This document shows, one piece after another, positions 47,270-57,016 of a stretch of 64,000 nt of DNA; within the stretch, counting starts at the first letter, position 1, and each line of letters opens with the position of its first letter. Source of the DNA: a bacterium (GTDB lineage: Bacteria; Margulisbacteria; Marinamargulisbacteria; JABIPA01); the NCBI GenBank assembly GCA_018699495.1, contig JABIQV010000137.1, forward strand, positions 6,880-70,879, written 5' to 3'. Made by a program: the position numbers and the translations under genes. The notes under the pieces were generated by a model. That model was not told the DNA's origin. It was given only the letters and a program-made list of their open reading frames with translations, and searched no databases.

Positions 47270-47533
47270 TTAAATATTTATTGATGCTAAAAGCTCGGGG
47301 TTACACGTAGGGCAACCGACTCCTTTACAGGCCGCACAAGTTTTCATTGCTTGAGGGGGAGAAACGTTGCTATTCATAGCAGAGATATTTTTTACAGAGC
47401 TTTCTATACTTATTATATCTTTTCCGAGTTCTTTACCAGGAGACTCTTCTGATTTCAAAGAATTATTTAATGGAGATTGTCGGGAATCCGGATTATAAGA
47501 TTGTGGCTCTTTGGGGAATATATTTAAATCCAT
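47270..47533 (-). CDS. small protein with C-terminal DnaJ-type zinc-finger knuckle (CxxCxGxG-CxxC)
   Basis: CAACKGVGCPTCNP at the C-terminus. N-terminal 60 aa is Ser/Pro-rich low complexity. Confidence 0.4.
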   Translation of the reverse strand: MDLNIFPKEPQSYNPDSRQSPLNNSLKSEESPGKELGKDIISIESSVKNISAMNSNVSPPQAMKTCAACKGVGCPTCNPELLASINI

Positions 47534-47610
47534 AGACTTTATTATATTCTAATGTATGCCCATGTTTCAATAAAAAATATTGTGGGAATATATAGTATTG
47601 GAAAACATTT

Positions 47611-48540
47611 ATGAAATATAAAATATTATCTTCTGGAATTTGGAACTCTTTTTTCTCAAAAAAAGACACTTGCGTGTTATGTGATTTAATTCAGAATAAT
47701 TGTTTAGACGAAAAAGTTGGTAAGCGTGTTGTAGACCGAATGAGAAGCTGTTTTGATTTAGGGATTTATAATCAAAGTTCGTCTAAAGAAGTGTTTTCTA
47801 AAAAAGTGAGTGAAAGTTTAATTAAGTTTTCTGGAGATATGCATTTTCAATTAAATTACAATCCAGAAAAAATTGATAAAAGTAATGAAGAGCGAGTGCA
47901 TTTGGAATTTTGTGCTAGTCGAAATTATGGATTTGAAGGCTTGAATGACTTGGGAAATAATATTATCCATTTAGTTGTTGGCGGATTTGTAGACCCAAAT
48001 TTAGGAAATAAAAGTGCGGAAAAGGCTTGTATCAATGAACTAAAAAAATTGAAATTAAAGAGTCCTAAAGTGGTAATCATTGATTTAAGAAATAATGGAG
48101 GAGGGCATCCGAAAATGGTGTACCTATTAGCAAGCTTTTTTTTACCAGAATTTACATCTTTGAGCAAAATTAGAATTAAGGAAAATGGAAATATTAGTAC
48201 TTCTGATTATCGTACGCACTCGTATGAGGAGATTCCAATTCAGGATAGGATATTAGACGCCAGGCTACATATATTAACAAGCTCTCAAACCTTCTCTGCT
48301 GCAGAAGAATTTGTTTATTTGATGAAGCATTTAAGAGATGCAAAGGTAATAGGCGAAAAAACCAAGGGAGGAGCACATCCTTGTTCAACTCATCATATCA
48401 ATGATGATTTTTCAGTGTGTGTTCCAAATGGGGAAATAATTGTTTCAAAAACAAATGGAAATTGGGAAGGAACAGGAGTTTTACCGGATATTGAATGTTG
48501 CTCAACCGAGGCTTTGAAAACATCGTTAAAAACATTATGA
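47611..48540 (+). CDS. S41 (C-terminal processing / tail-specific) peptidase-like protein without signal peptide or PDZ domain
   Basis: IIDLRNNGGG and TSSQTFSAAEEF (catalytic Ser) with downstream Lys are the S41 Ser-Lys dyad motifs. No hydrophobic N-terminus. Confidence 0.55.
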   Translation: MKYKILSSGIWNSFFSKKDTCVLCDLIQNNCLDEKVGKRVVDRMRSCFDLGIYNQSSSKEVFSKKVSESLIKFSGDMHFQLNYNPEKIDKSNEERVHLEFCASRNYGFEGLNDLGNNIIHLVVGGFVDPNLGNKSAEKACINELKKLKLKSPKVVIIDLRNNGGGHPKMVYLLASFFLPEFTSLSKIRIKENGNISTSDYRTHSYEEIPIQDRILDARLHILTSSQTFSAAEEFVYLMKHLRDAKVIGEKTKGGAHPCSTHHINDDFSVCVPNGEIIVSKTNGNWEGTGVLPDIECCSTEALKTSLKTL

Positions 48541-48655
48541 ATGGATAACATCTAATCGTTTAAAAATATTTTAACTTTAGGAATGTCAAAGATAATCAAA
48601 CGAAGAGAGAAGTAAAAAAAGTCTTATCGCTCGAATGGCTCAAAAAGTTTTCAGG

Positions 48656-48713
48656 TTGAAAGTCCTGAATCGTGACGCATATCAATGATATGTAAACGAT
48701 TCAAGACTTTCAA
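48656..48713. repeat. long imperfect hairpin (17-bp arms, 16/17 paired) between convergent genes
   Basis: ttgaaagtcctgaatcg ... cgattcaagactttcaa. The 24-nt loop is itself near-palindromic (catatcaatgatatg). Confidence 0.4.
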
Positions 48714-48730
48714 GGTGGGAAGTTTTTGAG

Positions 48731-49255
48731 TTATTCGTCGTCGTCGGAGTCAGAGAGGATATCATTCCAAGCTGCGATATCCGCCGCATGAGCTTCTTTT
48801 AACTTGCTAGTGTCACCATTTATAGTAATAGAAATAATGTCGTCTCCCATTTGAATCGTATTCACAGTAGACATATCAACTTCAGATTGAACTTCTCCAA
48901 AAATAGTATGTTTGTTATCCAACCAAGGTGTTTCAACGTGAGTTACGAAAAACTGACTACCATTGGTACCCGGGCCGGCATTAGCCATAGATAAAATTCC
49001 AGGTTTGCTATGTGTTAATGATGAATCAAACTCATCTTCGAATTGATATCCAGGAGATCCAGCCCCAGTTCCATCAGGGCATCCTCCTTGAATCATAAAA
49101 TTATCAATAACTCTATGAAAAGAAAGACCATTGTAATAGCCACGTTCACTTAAATTTACAAAGTTTAGTACCGTTACGGGAGCTTTTTCTTCAAATAGGT
49201 TTAAATTAATATTTCCTTTTTTAGTTTCGATCGTTGCTGTTAAATTTGTAGACAT
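48731..49255 (-). CDS. cyclophilin-type peptidyl-prolyl cis-trans isomerase
   Basis: [23 protein letters not shown] and [10 protein letters not shown] are cyclophilin signatures. Confidence 0.9.
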   Translation of the reverse strand: MSTNLTATIETKKGNINLNLFEEKAPVTVLNFVNLSERGYYNGLSFHRVIDNFMIQGGCPDGTGAGSPGYQFEDEFDSSLTHSKPGILSMANAGPGTNGSQFFVTHVETPWLDNKHTIFGEVQSEVDMSTVNTIQMGDDIISITINGDTSKLKEAHAADIAAWNDILSDSDDDE

Positions 49256-49296
49256 AGTTAGTTCCTTTTTATCTTATTATATTTTGTTGTCTTGTT

Positions 49297-49791
49297 TTAT
49301 TTGATTTGGCTTCGATTTCCAAGTCCTTTATCGAACATTAAAAGTCCTGCAGAGTTATCTTTTATCATATTAAGTTCAGTTAAAATATCCCTAAACGTCA
49401 CTTCCTCCTCAACTTGTTCAGTAACGAACCCTTGAAGAAAGTTTTCGGCAGAATAATCTTTTTCTAATTTTGCTATGGAAACAAGTGCATTTATTTTTTT
49501 TGAAATAGTTTTTTCATGAGCTAGCCCAGACTCGAAAACATCTTGAATTGTAGCCCAAGTGGTTGTCGGCTTATTTATTCCTTCAAGAGAAACACTTCCT
49601 TCAACATCAGAAATAAACGAACTAAATTGTTTGTAGTGGTCATATTCTTCGTCTGCCTGAAGAGACATCCAATGCGCACTTCCTTTGTACCCTTTGTTCT
49701 CCAAATCATTCGACATTGCCAAATAGATGTAAAAAGATTCGAGTTCCGCATTGCATTGAATATTTAGAGCATCTTGCATTTTTTTTGTCAT
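49297..49791 (-). CDS. non-heme ferritin (Ftn-like)
   Basis: Ferroxidase-centre ligands in ELESFYIYLAMS / EEYDHYKQF / AHEKT. 164 aa. Confidence 0.8.
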   Translation of the reverse strand: MTKKMQDALNIQCNAELESFYIYLAMSNDLENKGYKGSAHWMSLQADEEYDHYKQFSSFISDVEGSVSLEGINKPTTTWATIQDVFESGLAHEKTISKKINALVSIAKLEKDYSAENFLQGFVTEQVEEEVTFRDILTELNMIKDNSAGLLMFDKGLGNRSQIK

Positions 49792-50129
49792 AGTAGTGAC
49801 TCCTTTTTTAGTTTGTAGACCGTTAAAAAGATAGTAAGTAGGTTACGTTTCAATCGTGGCCTAGTTCAATTTTTAAACATTTTATTAATATAAGATTTTT
49901 TCTTTTATTAATTTATTAAGCTCAATTGTACTAGAAAACTAGAATTCAGGCTATTTTTCGAAAAGTCGTGTAGTTACGAAATGACTAAAACGTTAGTAGA
50001 AGTGAAGAGCAATGGGGGTTGTATGGAACGACTATTTGGGGTTCTAAAGCGGAAATTGGCCAATAATTAATGACTAGGTCCCTTGATTAAATTTGACTGG
50101 ATAACTAAATATTTGTAAACTTGTGCCCC

Positions 50130-51584
50130 ATGAAACGAGTACGATTTGCACCATCCCCAACAGGAAATTTACATATAGGAACGCTTAGAACAGCTTTATT
50201 TAATTGGTTGTTTGCAAAGAGATACAATGCCACTTATATTCTAAGAATAGAAGATACGGATAAAGCCAGATCTAAACCTGAATATGAAGGCAATATATAT
50301 GAAGGAATGGATTGGATGGGAATTATTGAGGACGAGGGACCTAAAAAAGGTGGGAAGTTTGGACCGTACAGGCAAACCGAGCGAATCGTAGATGGTATTT
50401 ACCAAAAACAACTTGATAGATTACTGGAAGAAAAGAAAGCCTATTATTGTTTTTGTACGGATCACGATTTGGACGGTGAACGGGAAGACGCGAAACATAA
50501 AAATCGGCCCTATATTTATTCAAGAAAGTGTCTACATCTGAGCGCAGAAGAAATCGATGAAAAGTTAAAGTCCGACATATCTAGAACAGTAAAATTTGAA
50601 ATTCCTGATACGAAGTCACTCATTGTATCCGATGGCGTTCGGGATGATATCGACTTTGACTGTAGGTTAATTTCTGATTTTGTTTTACTTAAGTCGGATG
50701 GGAACCCTTCCTATAACTACTCTGTCGTTGTAGATGACGCCTTAATGGGAATTACAGATGTGATTCGGGGTGAAGACCATATCTCAAATACTCCAAGACA
50801 ATTGTTACTGTTTAAAGCCTTAGGCTTCACTCCACCTCAATACCATCATTTACCTATGATATTGGGCCAGGATAAAAGTAAACTCTCAAAACGGCATGGG
50901 GCAACAGCTGTAACGGACTACGAAAATCAGGGTTATTTATCGGATGCGTTATACAACTTTTTAGCGTTACTTGGGTGGTCTCCTACGGATACCACCGAAA
51001 TTTTCGATAGAACATCTCTTTCCACTTTATTTTCGATGGACAGAATATCCAAGTCTAACGCAGTATTTGATGTTACAAAACTAAAGTGGATGAATGGACA
51101 GTATATTAGGTCATTAGAACCAGCCGCGCTTGCCGAAAAAGTTAAACCATTTATAGATGATATCAATTTAGCAATATTAGATACATACACAGAAAGTGAC
51201 GTTGTGAAAATCATTTATTCTGTAAGAGATAACATTGCATTATTACCAGATATAAATGGATACTTGGAATCGTTTAATACATCCTTTATATCCTTTTCAG
51301 AGAAGGTTAAATCTTTTCAGTTTTCGGATAGCGAGAAGCAGGTTGTTTTAGATTTTTGTTGCAGTGTTTTTGAACACTCTGAATTCACATCAGAGAATAT
51401 ATCAGAAACAATGGATGTTATTGTTACCAAAAATGATGGCAAAAAGGGAAAAGTATTCAAGCCAATTCGTAAAGCGTTGATAGGTCTTGAAAGAGGTCCC
51501 AACATAGTAGAAATAGTAAGCCTTTTAGGAAAAGACGTTCTTTCAGAGCGTGCTTCCTTTTTAGGTAAGTATTTTTCTGCCTGA
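50130..51584 (+). CDS. gltX: glutamate--tRNA ligase
   Basis: HIGH motif (SPTGNLHIGTLRTALFNW) and KMSKS motif (KLSKRHG). Confidence 0.9.
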   Translation: MKRVRFAPSPTGNLHIGTLRTALFNWLFAKRYNATYILRIEDTDKARSKPEYEGNIYEGMDWMGIIEDEGPKKGGKFGPYRQTERIVDGIYQKQLDRLLEEKKAYYCFCTDHDLDGEREDAKHKNRPYIYSRKCLHLSAEEIDEKLKSDISRTVKFEIPDTKSLIVSDGVRDDIDFDCRLISDFVLLKSDGNPSYNYSVVVDDALMGITDVIRGEDHISNTPRQLLLFKALGFTPPQYHHLPMILGQDKSKLSKRHGATAVTDYENQGYLSDALYNFLALLGWSPTDTTEIFDRTSLSTLFSMDRISKSNAVFDVTKLKWMNGQYIRSLEPAALAEKVKPFIDDINLAILDTYTESDVVKIIYSVRDNIALLPDINGYLESFNTSFISFSEKVKSFQFSDSEKQVVLDFCCSVFEHSEFTSENISETMDVIVTKNDGKKGKVFKPIRKALIGLERGPNIVEIVSLLGKDVLSERASFLGKYFSA

Positions 51585-51813
51585 AGCGTCTCCAGATAGA
51601 CTCTAAATTTATCCTAACCTTCAAGTTACAAATAAACCCCCGACTGTAGATTTGTTAGCAGGGGGTAATGAACCTTTAATTTTTAGATATTAGTAATAGC
51701 TTGAACTGTTAGTTTATTAAGGGGCAATAATATTTTTTTAGAGAAATTTAGTGAAACTTAAAGTGAAATATATTTTGTCGAACATACAAAATCGCAAATT
51801 TTTGAGGGGAATA

Positions 51814-52140
51814 TTATTTAAAAATTTTAATTCTAGGGGTTCCGTGAGGAGGTTTGTGGGTAGGTTCCAACTCCAACTCCAAATCATGTAGAGTAATATC
51901 TGCCTTATTAAGAACTATATTTGAGTTATTCAAATCTACTGGACTTACCAATTGAGCTTGACGCGCTTCCAACTGAACTTTAGATGATGGGTCCTTAATT
52001 ATGGAACGGTTGGAAGGGTGGTTATCATATCCTCTGACATTGAGGGTTCCTGGTTGCGTTATATTTTTTGGATCAATACCACTTGGTAAAGGAGTGGCTA
52101 AAAGATGAGGAATCTTACTGGGTATTGAGTGAATTGACAT
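51814..52140 (-). CDS. hypothetical Pro-rich small protein
   Basis: ORF only. No motif support. Confidence 0.3.
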   Translation of the reverse strand: MSIHSIPSKIPHLLATPLPSGIDPKNITQPGTLNVRGYDNHPSNRSIIKDPSSKVQLEARQAQLVSPVDLNNSNIVLNKADITLHDLELELEPTHKPPHGTPRIKIFK

Positions 52141-52233
52141 AATTGGTTCCTATTCAGTTTCTAATTTATTTCAACGTGTATAGACATTATCTAACCTAGT
52201 ATTTAATATATCAAGATAGTTGGTAAAAATCAA

Positions 52234-53151
52234 ATGTTGAAAGATAAAATACATAAAAATTTATTAGAAATATCCCAAAAATTTGTTCGAATTCGAGGCC
52301 GCAATGTGCACAAAGGATCCTGTGGCAAGGTTTTAGTCATTGCTGGGTCGTTAGATATGATTGGTGCGGGAATATTAACGTCAATGGCATGTCTGAAGGC
52401 GGGAGCTGGTGTCGTTCATTTTGTAACTGTCAGGGATGTCGTTCCATTTATTTCTATTTCTTATCCTGAATTAATTGTTCATGGAATGGAAAGCGAAAAC
52501 GGAGTATTAACTCACTCATGCTTTGACTTAATTAAATCTCTTTTTCAGAAATATAGTTTCGATGCCTGTGCTATTGGACCGGGTTTAACTCAATGTTTAA
52601 GTGTTTCAAAATTGGTACACTCATTGATTGGTTATTTATCGGAAAGAAAATGCAAAACCGTAATAGATGCAGACGCGTTGACTATTCTTTCAGATCTGCC
52701 AGCCGACGTTTTGGGGACGTCTGAAAATTATGTCTTAACTCCTCATATGGGAGAATTTAAACGGCTATATCGTTCGGACTTAAAAATTGATTTTGTGGAT
52801 AAAAATAATAGGTGTGATGTCGCTAAACAATTGGCAGTATCTGTAAACCAAGTAGTGTTGTTAAAGGGGCCTGGAACCGTGGTTACGGACGGGAATAAAA
52901 GCTACATAAATTTCACCGGAAATGAAGGAATGGCGACAGCTGGTTCCGGGGATGTTTTGACAGGAATAATAGCTTCATTTTTAGCGCAAGGATTAGTTTC
53001 TTTTGAGGCAGCGTGCTTCGGTGCATATATTCATGGCTTAAGCGGAGACAAGGCATTTGGTATAAATGGGATAGGGTTAATTGCATCCGATATTTTGGAT
53101 GAGGTGCCGCGTAGTTTAAAAAAATTAAAGGATTTTCATGATAACTCTTAA
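52234..53151 (+). CDS. nnrD: ADP-dependent NAD(P)H-hydrate dehydratase (YjeF C-terminal domain)
   Basis: KGSCGKVLVIAGS..., LLKGPGTVVTDG, GMATAGSGDVLTGIIASFLAQG are signature motifs. Confidence 0.8.
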   Translation: MLKDKIHKNLLEISQKFVRIRGRNVHKGSCGKVLVIAGSLDMIGAGILTSMACLKAGAGVVHFVTVRDVVPFISISYPELIVHGMESENGVLTHSCFDLIKSLFQKYSFDACAIGPGLTQCLSVSKLVHSLIGYLSERKCKTVIDADALTILSDLPADVLGTSENYVLTPHMGEFKRLYRSDLKIDFVDKNNRCDVAKQLAVSVNQVVLLKGPGTVVTDGNKSYINFTGNEGMATAGSGDVLTGIIASFLAQGLVSFEAACFGAYIHGLSGDKAFGINGIGLIASDILDEVPRSLKKLKDFHDNS

Positions 53152-54400
53152 AATTCGGAACAAAATTCGGGACCACTTAAACGTGACAAATGACTATTTT
53201 TTTTCCGGGCCATTTGGATTGGAGAAATTCAGTCTGGATAACATATGTTTGTTTTTGGAGGATGAATCCTGTTTTGGGTTGGCTTTAAAGAGACCTAAAC
53301 ATAAAGGTATTTTATATGGTGTATGTCATGCCTTAGCAAGACGAGTTTTAAATTTTCTATCGGTTGAAGAGAGAGTTGGGATTGTTTCTAAAAAGCTTTC
53401 ATATTTTGGAATTTGGTCAATGTTGAGCAAGTTTTTAGATAGGGAAATGTCGGCCGATAATTTGACGGATGTGTCGGATATTGGAATGGGAGATTCAATA
53501 TATTTATTAACGTTTAATAATGTGAAGAAAAAAGTTGTGCTAAAAGGAAAGGGGCAGTGTACGCAATCTATTTTTGGGGACTTTTTGCATCAACTTGATT
53601 TGCCACATGTAACAAGTTGCTATTATGAAAGCCGCGGAAAAGGGTGGGAACTTTCAGAATGTGCCGAAATTAAAAATTTAAGCGACACGGTAAGTAAGGA
53701 AAATGTGGAAACTTATATATCAGATCTAGGGATGCACGCAGCGATAGGCGATGTGTTAGGTAGAGGGGACAGGCATTTAGAAAATTATGGGATTAAAGAA
53801 GATCGTGTGGTCCCTTTTGATGTTTCGTTTTTATTTTGTAAAGACAATAATAAGTGGTGTATGAAGTATCTTTTTGGTGGGATGTATGAGTTTTCAACTC
53901 TTTGGTATATGTCCAGATCGGCTCGTTTTGAAGAGTGTGTAGGCAAGTTTTTTAAAGGGTACGAAAAGGGGATTTCTCGGTTACAAGATAACGTGACGGC
54001 GATTGAAACATTAGTGGATAGAGTCTTAAAAAATGAGTCGTTGGAAAACAGTCTGTTAGTAAATAGAGAGCATAAAGCTGAAATTTTGGAACGAGTAATC
54101 GATAAGTTAAACTCAGAATCTTTTTTAATGGAGCAGACCTGTTTATATAGAGAAAGTTTTAAGGAAATGAAGAAGCGCCAGGTATATAAGGAACTATTAA
54201 ATCAACTATATGAATCAAAGCCCGAAGTGATTAAAAAAAATCAGTTACTCTATATGTACTATTTATCTGACAAAGATCGGGTATCAAGTTTTTTTCTGAG
54301 CGAAGACAAACCCATGAATCTTTTCGATGATATTGAAAAATTGGCAAAATCTGTATTAGATTTAGAAAAGATAGAAATAGTCCGCCGAATCAACGATTAA
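53138..54400 (+). CDS. atypical kinase-like protein with a PI3/4-kinase / HipA-type catalytic loop
   Basis: GRGDRHLENYG matches DRHxxN of PI3/4K and DxHxxN of HipA_C. An activation-segment-like PFDVSF lies 18 residues later. Overlaps the nnr stop by 14 nt. Confidence 0.4.
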   Translation: MITLKIRNKIRDHLNVTNDYFFSGPFGLEKFSLDNICLFLEDESCFGLALKRPKHKGILYGVCHALARRVLNFLSVEERVGIVSKKLSYFGIWSMLSKFLDREMSADNLTDVSDIGMGDSIYLLTFNNVKKKVVLKGKGQCTQSIFGDFLHQLDLPHVTSCYYESRGKGWELSECAEIKNLSDTVSKENVETYISDLGMHAAIGDVLGRGDRHLENYGIKEDRVVPFDVSFLFCKDNNKWCMKYLFGGMYEFSTLWYMSRSARFEECVGKFFKGYEKGISRLQDNVTAIETLVDRVLKNESLENSLLVNREHKAEILERVIDKLNSESFLMEQTCLYRESFKEMKKRQVYKELLNQLYESKPEVIKKNQLLYMYYLSDKDRVSSFFLSEDKPMNLFDDIEKLAKSVLDLEKIEIVRRIND

Positions 54401-55875
54401 ACAAGGTTATAAAAAAATTGCTTGGATTCGTCGAGCACCGTTTCTCCAAATTTTTTGTCTATGGATTCGGAATATATTCGTCCTATAGGCTCGGTTCCGG
54501 AAAGTCGTATAAGTACCCAGCTGTCATTTTCAAAGTTTATTCTTAATCCATCCGTTTGGTTAATAGTTTTAACAGACGTACTAAAAAACTGATTTAATTC
54601 ATCAGAAGAAATTGATGAAAGTTTGTCTATAATTAAAGGTTTATTGGTTTGTTCAAAGCTGACTTCAGTCTCTGCAAAAAAGAAGTTTCCATATTTTTTC
54701 TTTATATTTTCTCGAAGGACGGACAAGGGAATATTCGTTTCAGAGAGAATATATAATATGTAAATTGCAGGTAAGAAACCACATTTATCAAACGAATGAA
54801 ACGACGTAGAAAACCCACCAGACGATTCTATCCCTGCAACAAACTCTTGATGGTTAAACGCGTTGTCAAAAAATGGGGAAAAATATTTAAAACCTACGCC
54901 AGTTTGATGATAGGTAATGTTATTTTTCAAGCAAAATGTTTGAAGTATATTTGATGAAGCAACCGTTGAAGCTACGCCATGAATAGGCATTCCCTGTTCA
55001 TGAAGATAGTCGAGAATGATTACGGACGATTCTTCAGGGGTTAAGTGATTGCCCGTTTCATCTAATATTATATGGCGGTCACCGTCGGGGTCATTACTAA
55101 CACCAAGCGCCGCTTTGTTTAATCTAATGGACTCTTTTAAAGCAGTTAACGAAGAGATTTTGGTTGGGTTAGGTTCAATATTTGCAAAGTCAGAAAGTGG
55201 TTCGTTGTGGAGCAGATGAAAAGGTGATTTGAGCGAATTAGCAAATTTTGACCAAATCGACCCAGTTGTTCCATGTTTGGCATCTACGCAAAACGGGATG
55301 GTGTTATTGATAGAAAGGCCTGAGCGACGGACTTCTGAAAGAACGGATTCTACAAAGGAATCATCGTGATCAATGAATGAGATGTAGGGTGTATCGGATT
55401 CTTTGATTTTTAAAGAATGAGTCGACTCAGGGTTATATAGTTTATTTGCTGACACCTCAATTGTGTCCGTGACATATTGAGGTGCAGGGGCTCCATTTTT
55501 TATATTGTATTTTAGACCATTATATTCTTTTGGATTATGGGAAGCCGTTAAAATAAAACCGCCGCAACAGGTATTGTTTTTTATATACCAAGATACGACT
55601 GGAGTAGGTGTTACATGATCAAAAATTTGAATGTTAACTTTATTTTTTGCACAAATAGAAGCAATGGCCTGGGTATATGAACCCTCTTGTAACGTTGGTG
55701 AATTACCGGTTCTTGGATCATAACCTAAACATAAAGTCGGGTTTGATTCTGTTTCTTTAACGATGTCACATACGGCTTGGGTAATGGAGATAACGTGTTC
55801 AACCGTAAAAGACTCTCCCTGAATACCTCTATGACCAGATGTTCCAAAACGGATAGGGTGTTTGATTTTGATCAT
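54397..55875 (-). CDS. phosphomannomutase/phosphoglucomutase (alpha-D-phosphohexomutase family)
   Basis: Active-site phosphoserine loop TASHNPKEYNGLK and metal-binding DPDGDR. Confidence 0.85.
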   Translation of the reverse strand: MIKIKHPIRFGTSGHRGIQGESFTVEHVISITQAVCDIVKETESNPTLCLGYDPRTGNSPTLQEGSYTQAIASICAKNKVNIQIFDHVTPTPVVSWYIKNNTCCGGFILTASHNPKEYNGLKYNIKNGAPAPQYVTDTIEVSANKLYNPESTHSLKIKESDTPYISFIDHDDSFVESVLSEVRRSGLSINNTIPFCVDAKHGTTGSIWSKFANSLKSPFHLLHNEPLSDFANIEPNPTKISSLTALKESIRLNKAALGVSNDPDGDRHIILDETGNHLTPEESSVIILDYLHEQGMPIHGVASTVASSNILQTFCLKNNITYHQTGVGFKYFSPFFDNAFNHQEFVAGIESSGGFSTSFHSFDKCGFLPAIYILYILSETNIPLSVLRENIKKKYGNFFFAETEVSFEQTNKPLIIDKLSSISSDELNQFFSTSVKTINQTDGLRINFENDSWVLIRLSGTEPIGRIYSESIDKKFGETVLDESKQFFYNLV

Positions 55876-55917
55876 TAGTAAGTTACCTCAAATAAGTTTT
55901 TAAATTAAACAAAATAT

Positions 55918-56004
55918 TGGTACCGAGAACAGGACTTGAACCTGCACGAAGTTGCCTTCACTAGCCCCTCAAGCTAGCGTGTCTACCAATTCCACCACCT
56001 CGGC
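55918..56004 (-). tRNA. tRNA-Leu(GAG), type II with long variable arm, CCA encoded
   Basis: The reverse complement reads GCCGAGGTGGTGGAATTGGTAGACACGCTAGCTTGAGGGGCTAGTGAAGGCAACTTCGTGCAGGTTCAAGTCCTGTTCTCGGTACCA. Anticodon loop is TTGAGGG. Confidence 0.9.
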
Positions 56005-56140
56005 ATTCTTAAGGAATAATAGTTTATACTGGAAGCTGAATAATGTGAATTATTGATTTTTTTAATTTTTGGGATTAACACGGATTAATAAGCAGATTTT
56101 ATCTTGAGGCTTCATTAAGGAACGGCTAATATATAAGGTT

Positions 56141-57016
56141 ATGACAAAACTTTCTTATTTTAAAATTGGAAAACAAACATTTGATATGTCGAAGCCTCAT
56201 ATAGTTGGTGTTTTGAATATGACTCCAGATTCGTTTTCAGATGGCGGTCAGTTTTTAGATACAGATAGAGCCTTGGTTCAAATTGAAAAGCTAATTCAAG
56301 ATGGTGCGTCTATTATTGATATTGGAGCGGAATCAACGCGTCCAGGAGCGGATAATATCGATGCTTCTAAACAGATACAAAGACTTAGTCCTGTAGTTAA
56401 AGCGTATAAAAAATATTTCTCTGCCCCGTTGTCAATTGATACGACCAACTCTGATGTGTTTTCTTATTGTCTTTCAAATGGAGCAGACATGCTGAATGAT
56501 GTATCTGGCCTTCAAGATGACCTTAAAATGATAGATATTGTTTCAGAGGCAGGATGCTCGGTAGTAATCATGCATAGACAAGGAATGTCAAAAACGATGC
56601 AAGACGACCCTCGTTATAAAAATGTAATAGACGAAATTTCTTCTTTTTTTTCAGATACATGTAGAAAATTAAAGAGCAACGACGTATCTTCTATTTTGAT
56701 TGACCCGGGAATTGGATTTGGGAAGTCTCTAGATCATAATTTAAAGATATTACGGAATTTAGATGAATTGTGTCACGCCGATTTCCCTCTTTTTATTGGG
56801 ACCTCCCGTAAGTCTTTTATAGAGCATGTTACGGGAGCTTCGTTCGCGGAACGACTGCCAGGCACTATTGCTTCAAATTTGTATGCATTTCAAAAAGGCG
56901 CTCGATTTTTTAGGGTTCACGATGTTAAGGAACTAAAACAATCGTTTGATATTCATGACGCAATTATTAACGGAGATATCAATAAAAGCAGGAAAGTTGG
57001 GGATAAAATTGGCTAA
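56141..57016 (+). CDS. folP: dihydropteroate synthase
   Basis: VGVLNMTPDSFSDGG and the pterin-binding barrel motifs (DIGAESTRPG, SIDT). Confidence 0.9.
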   Translation: MTKLSYFKIGKQTFDMSKPHIVGVLNMTPDSFSDGGQFLDTDRALVQIEKLIQDGASIIDIGAESTRPGADNIDASKQIQRLSPVVKAYKKYFSAPLSIDTTNSDVFSYCLSNGADMLNDVSGLQDDLKMIDIVSEAGCSVVIMHRQGMSKTMQDDPRYKNVIDEISSFFSDTCRKLKSNDVSSILIDPGIGFGKSLDHNLKILRNLDELCHADFPLFIGTSRKSFIEHVTGASFAERLPGTIASNLYAFQKGARFFRVHDVKELKQSFDIHDAIINGDINKSRKVGDKIG

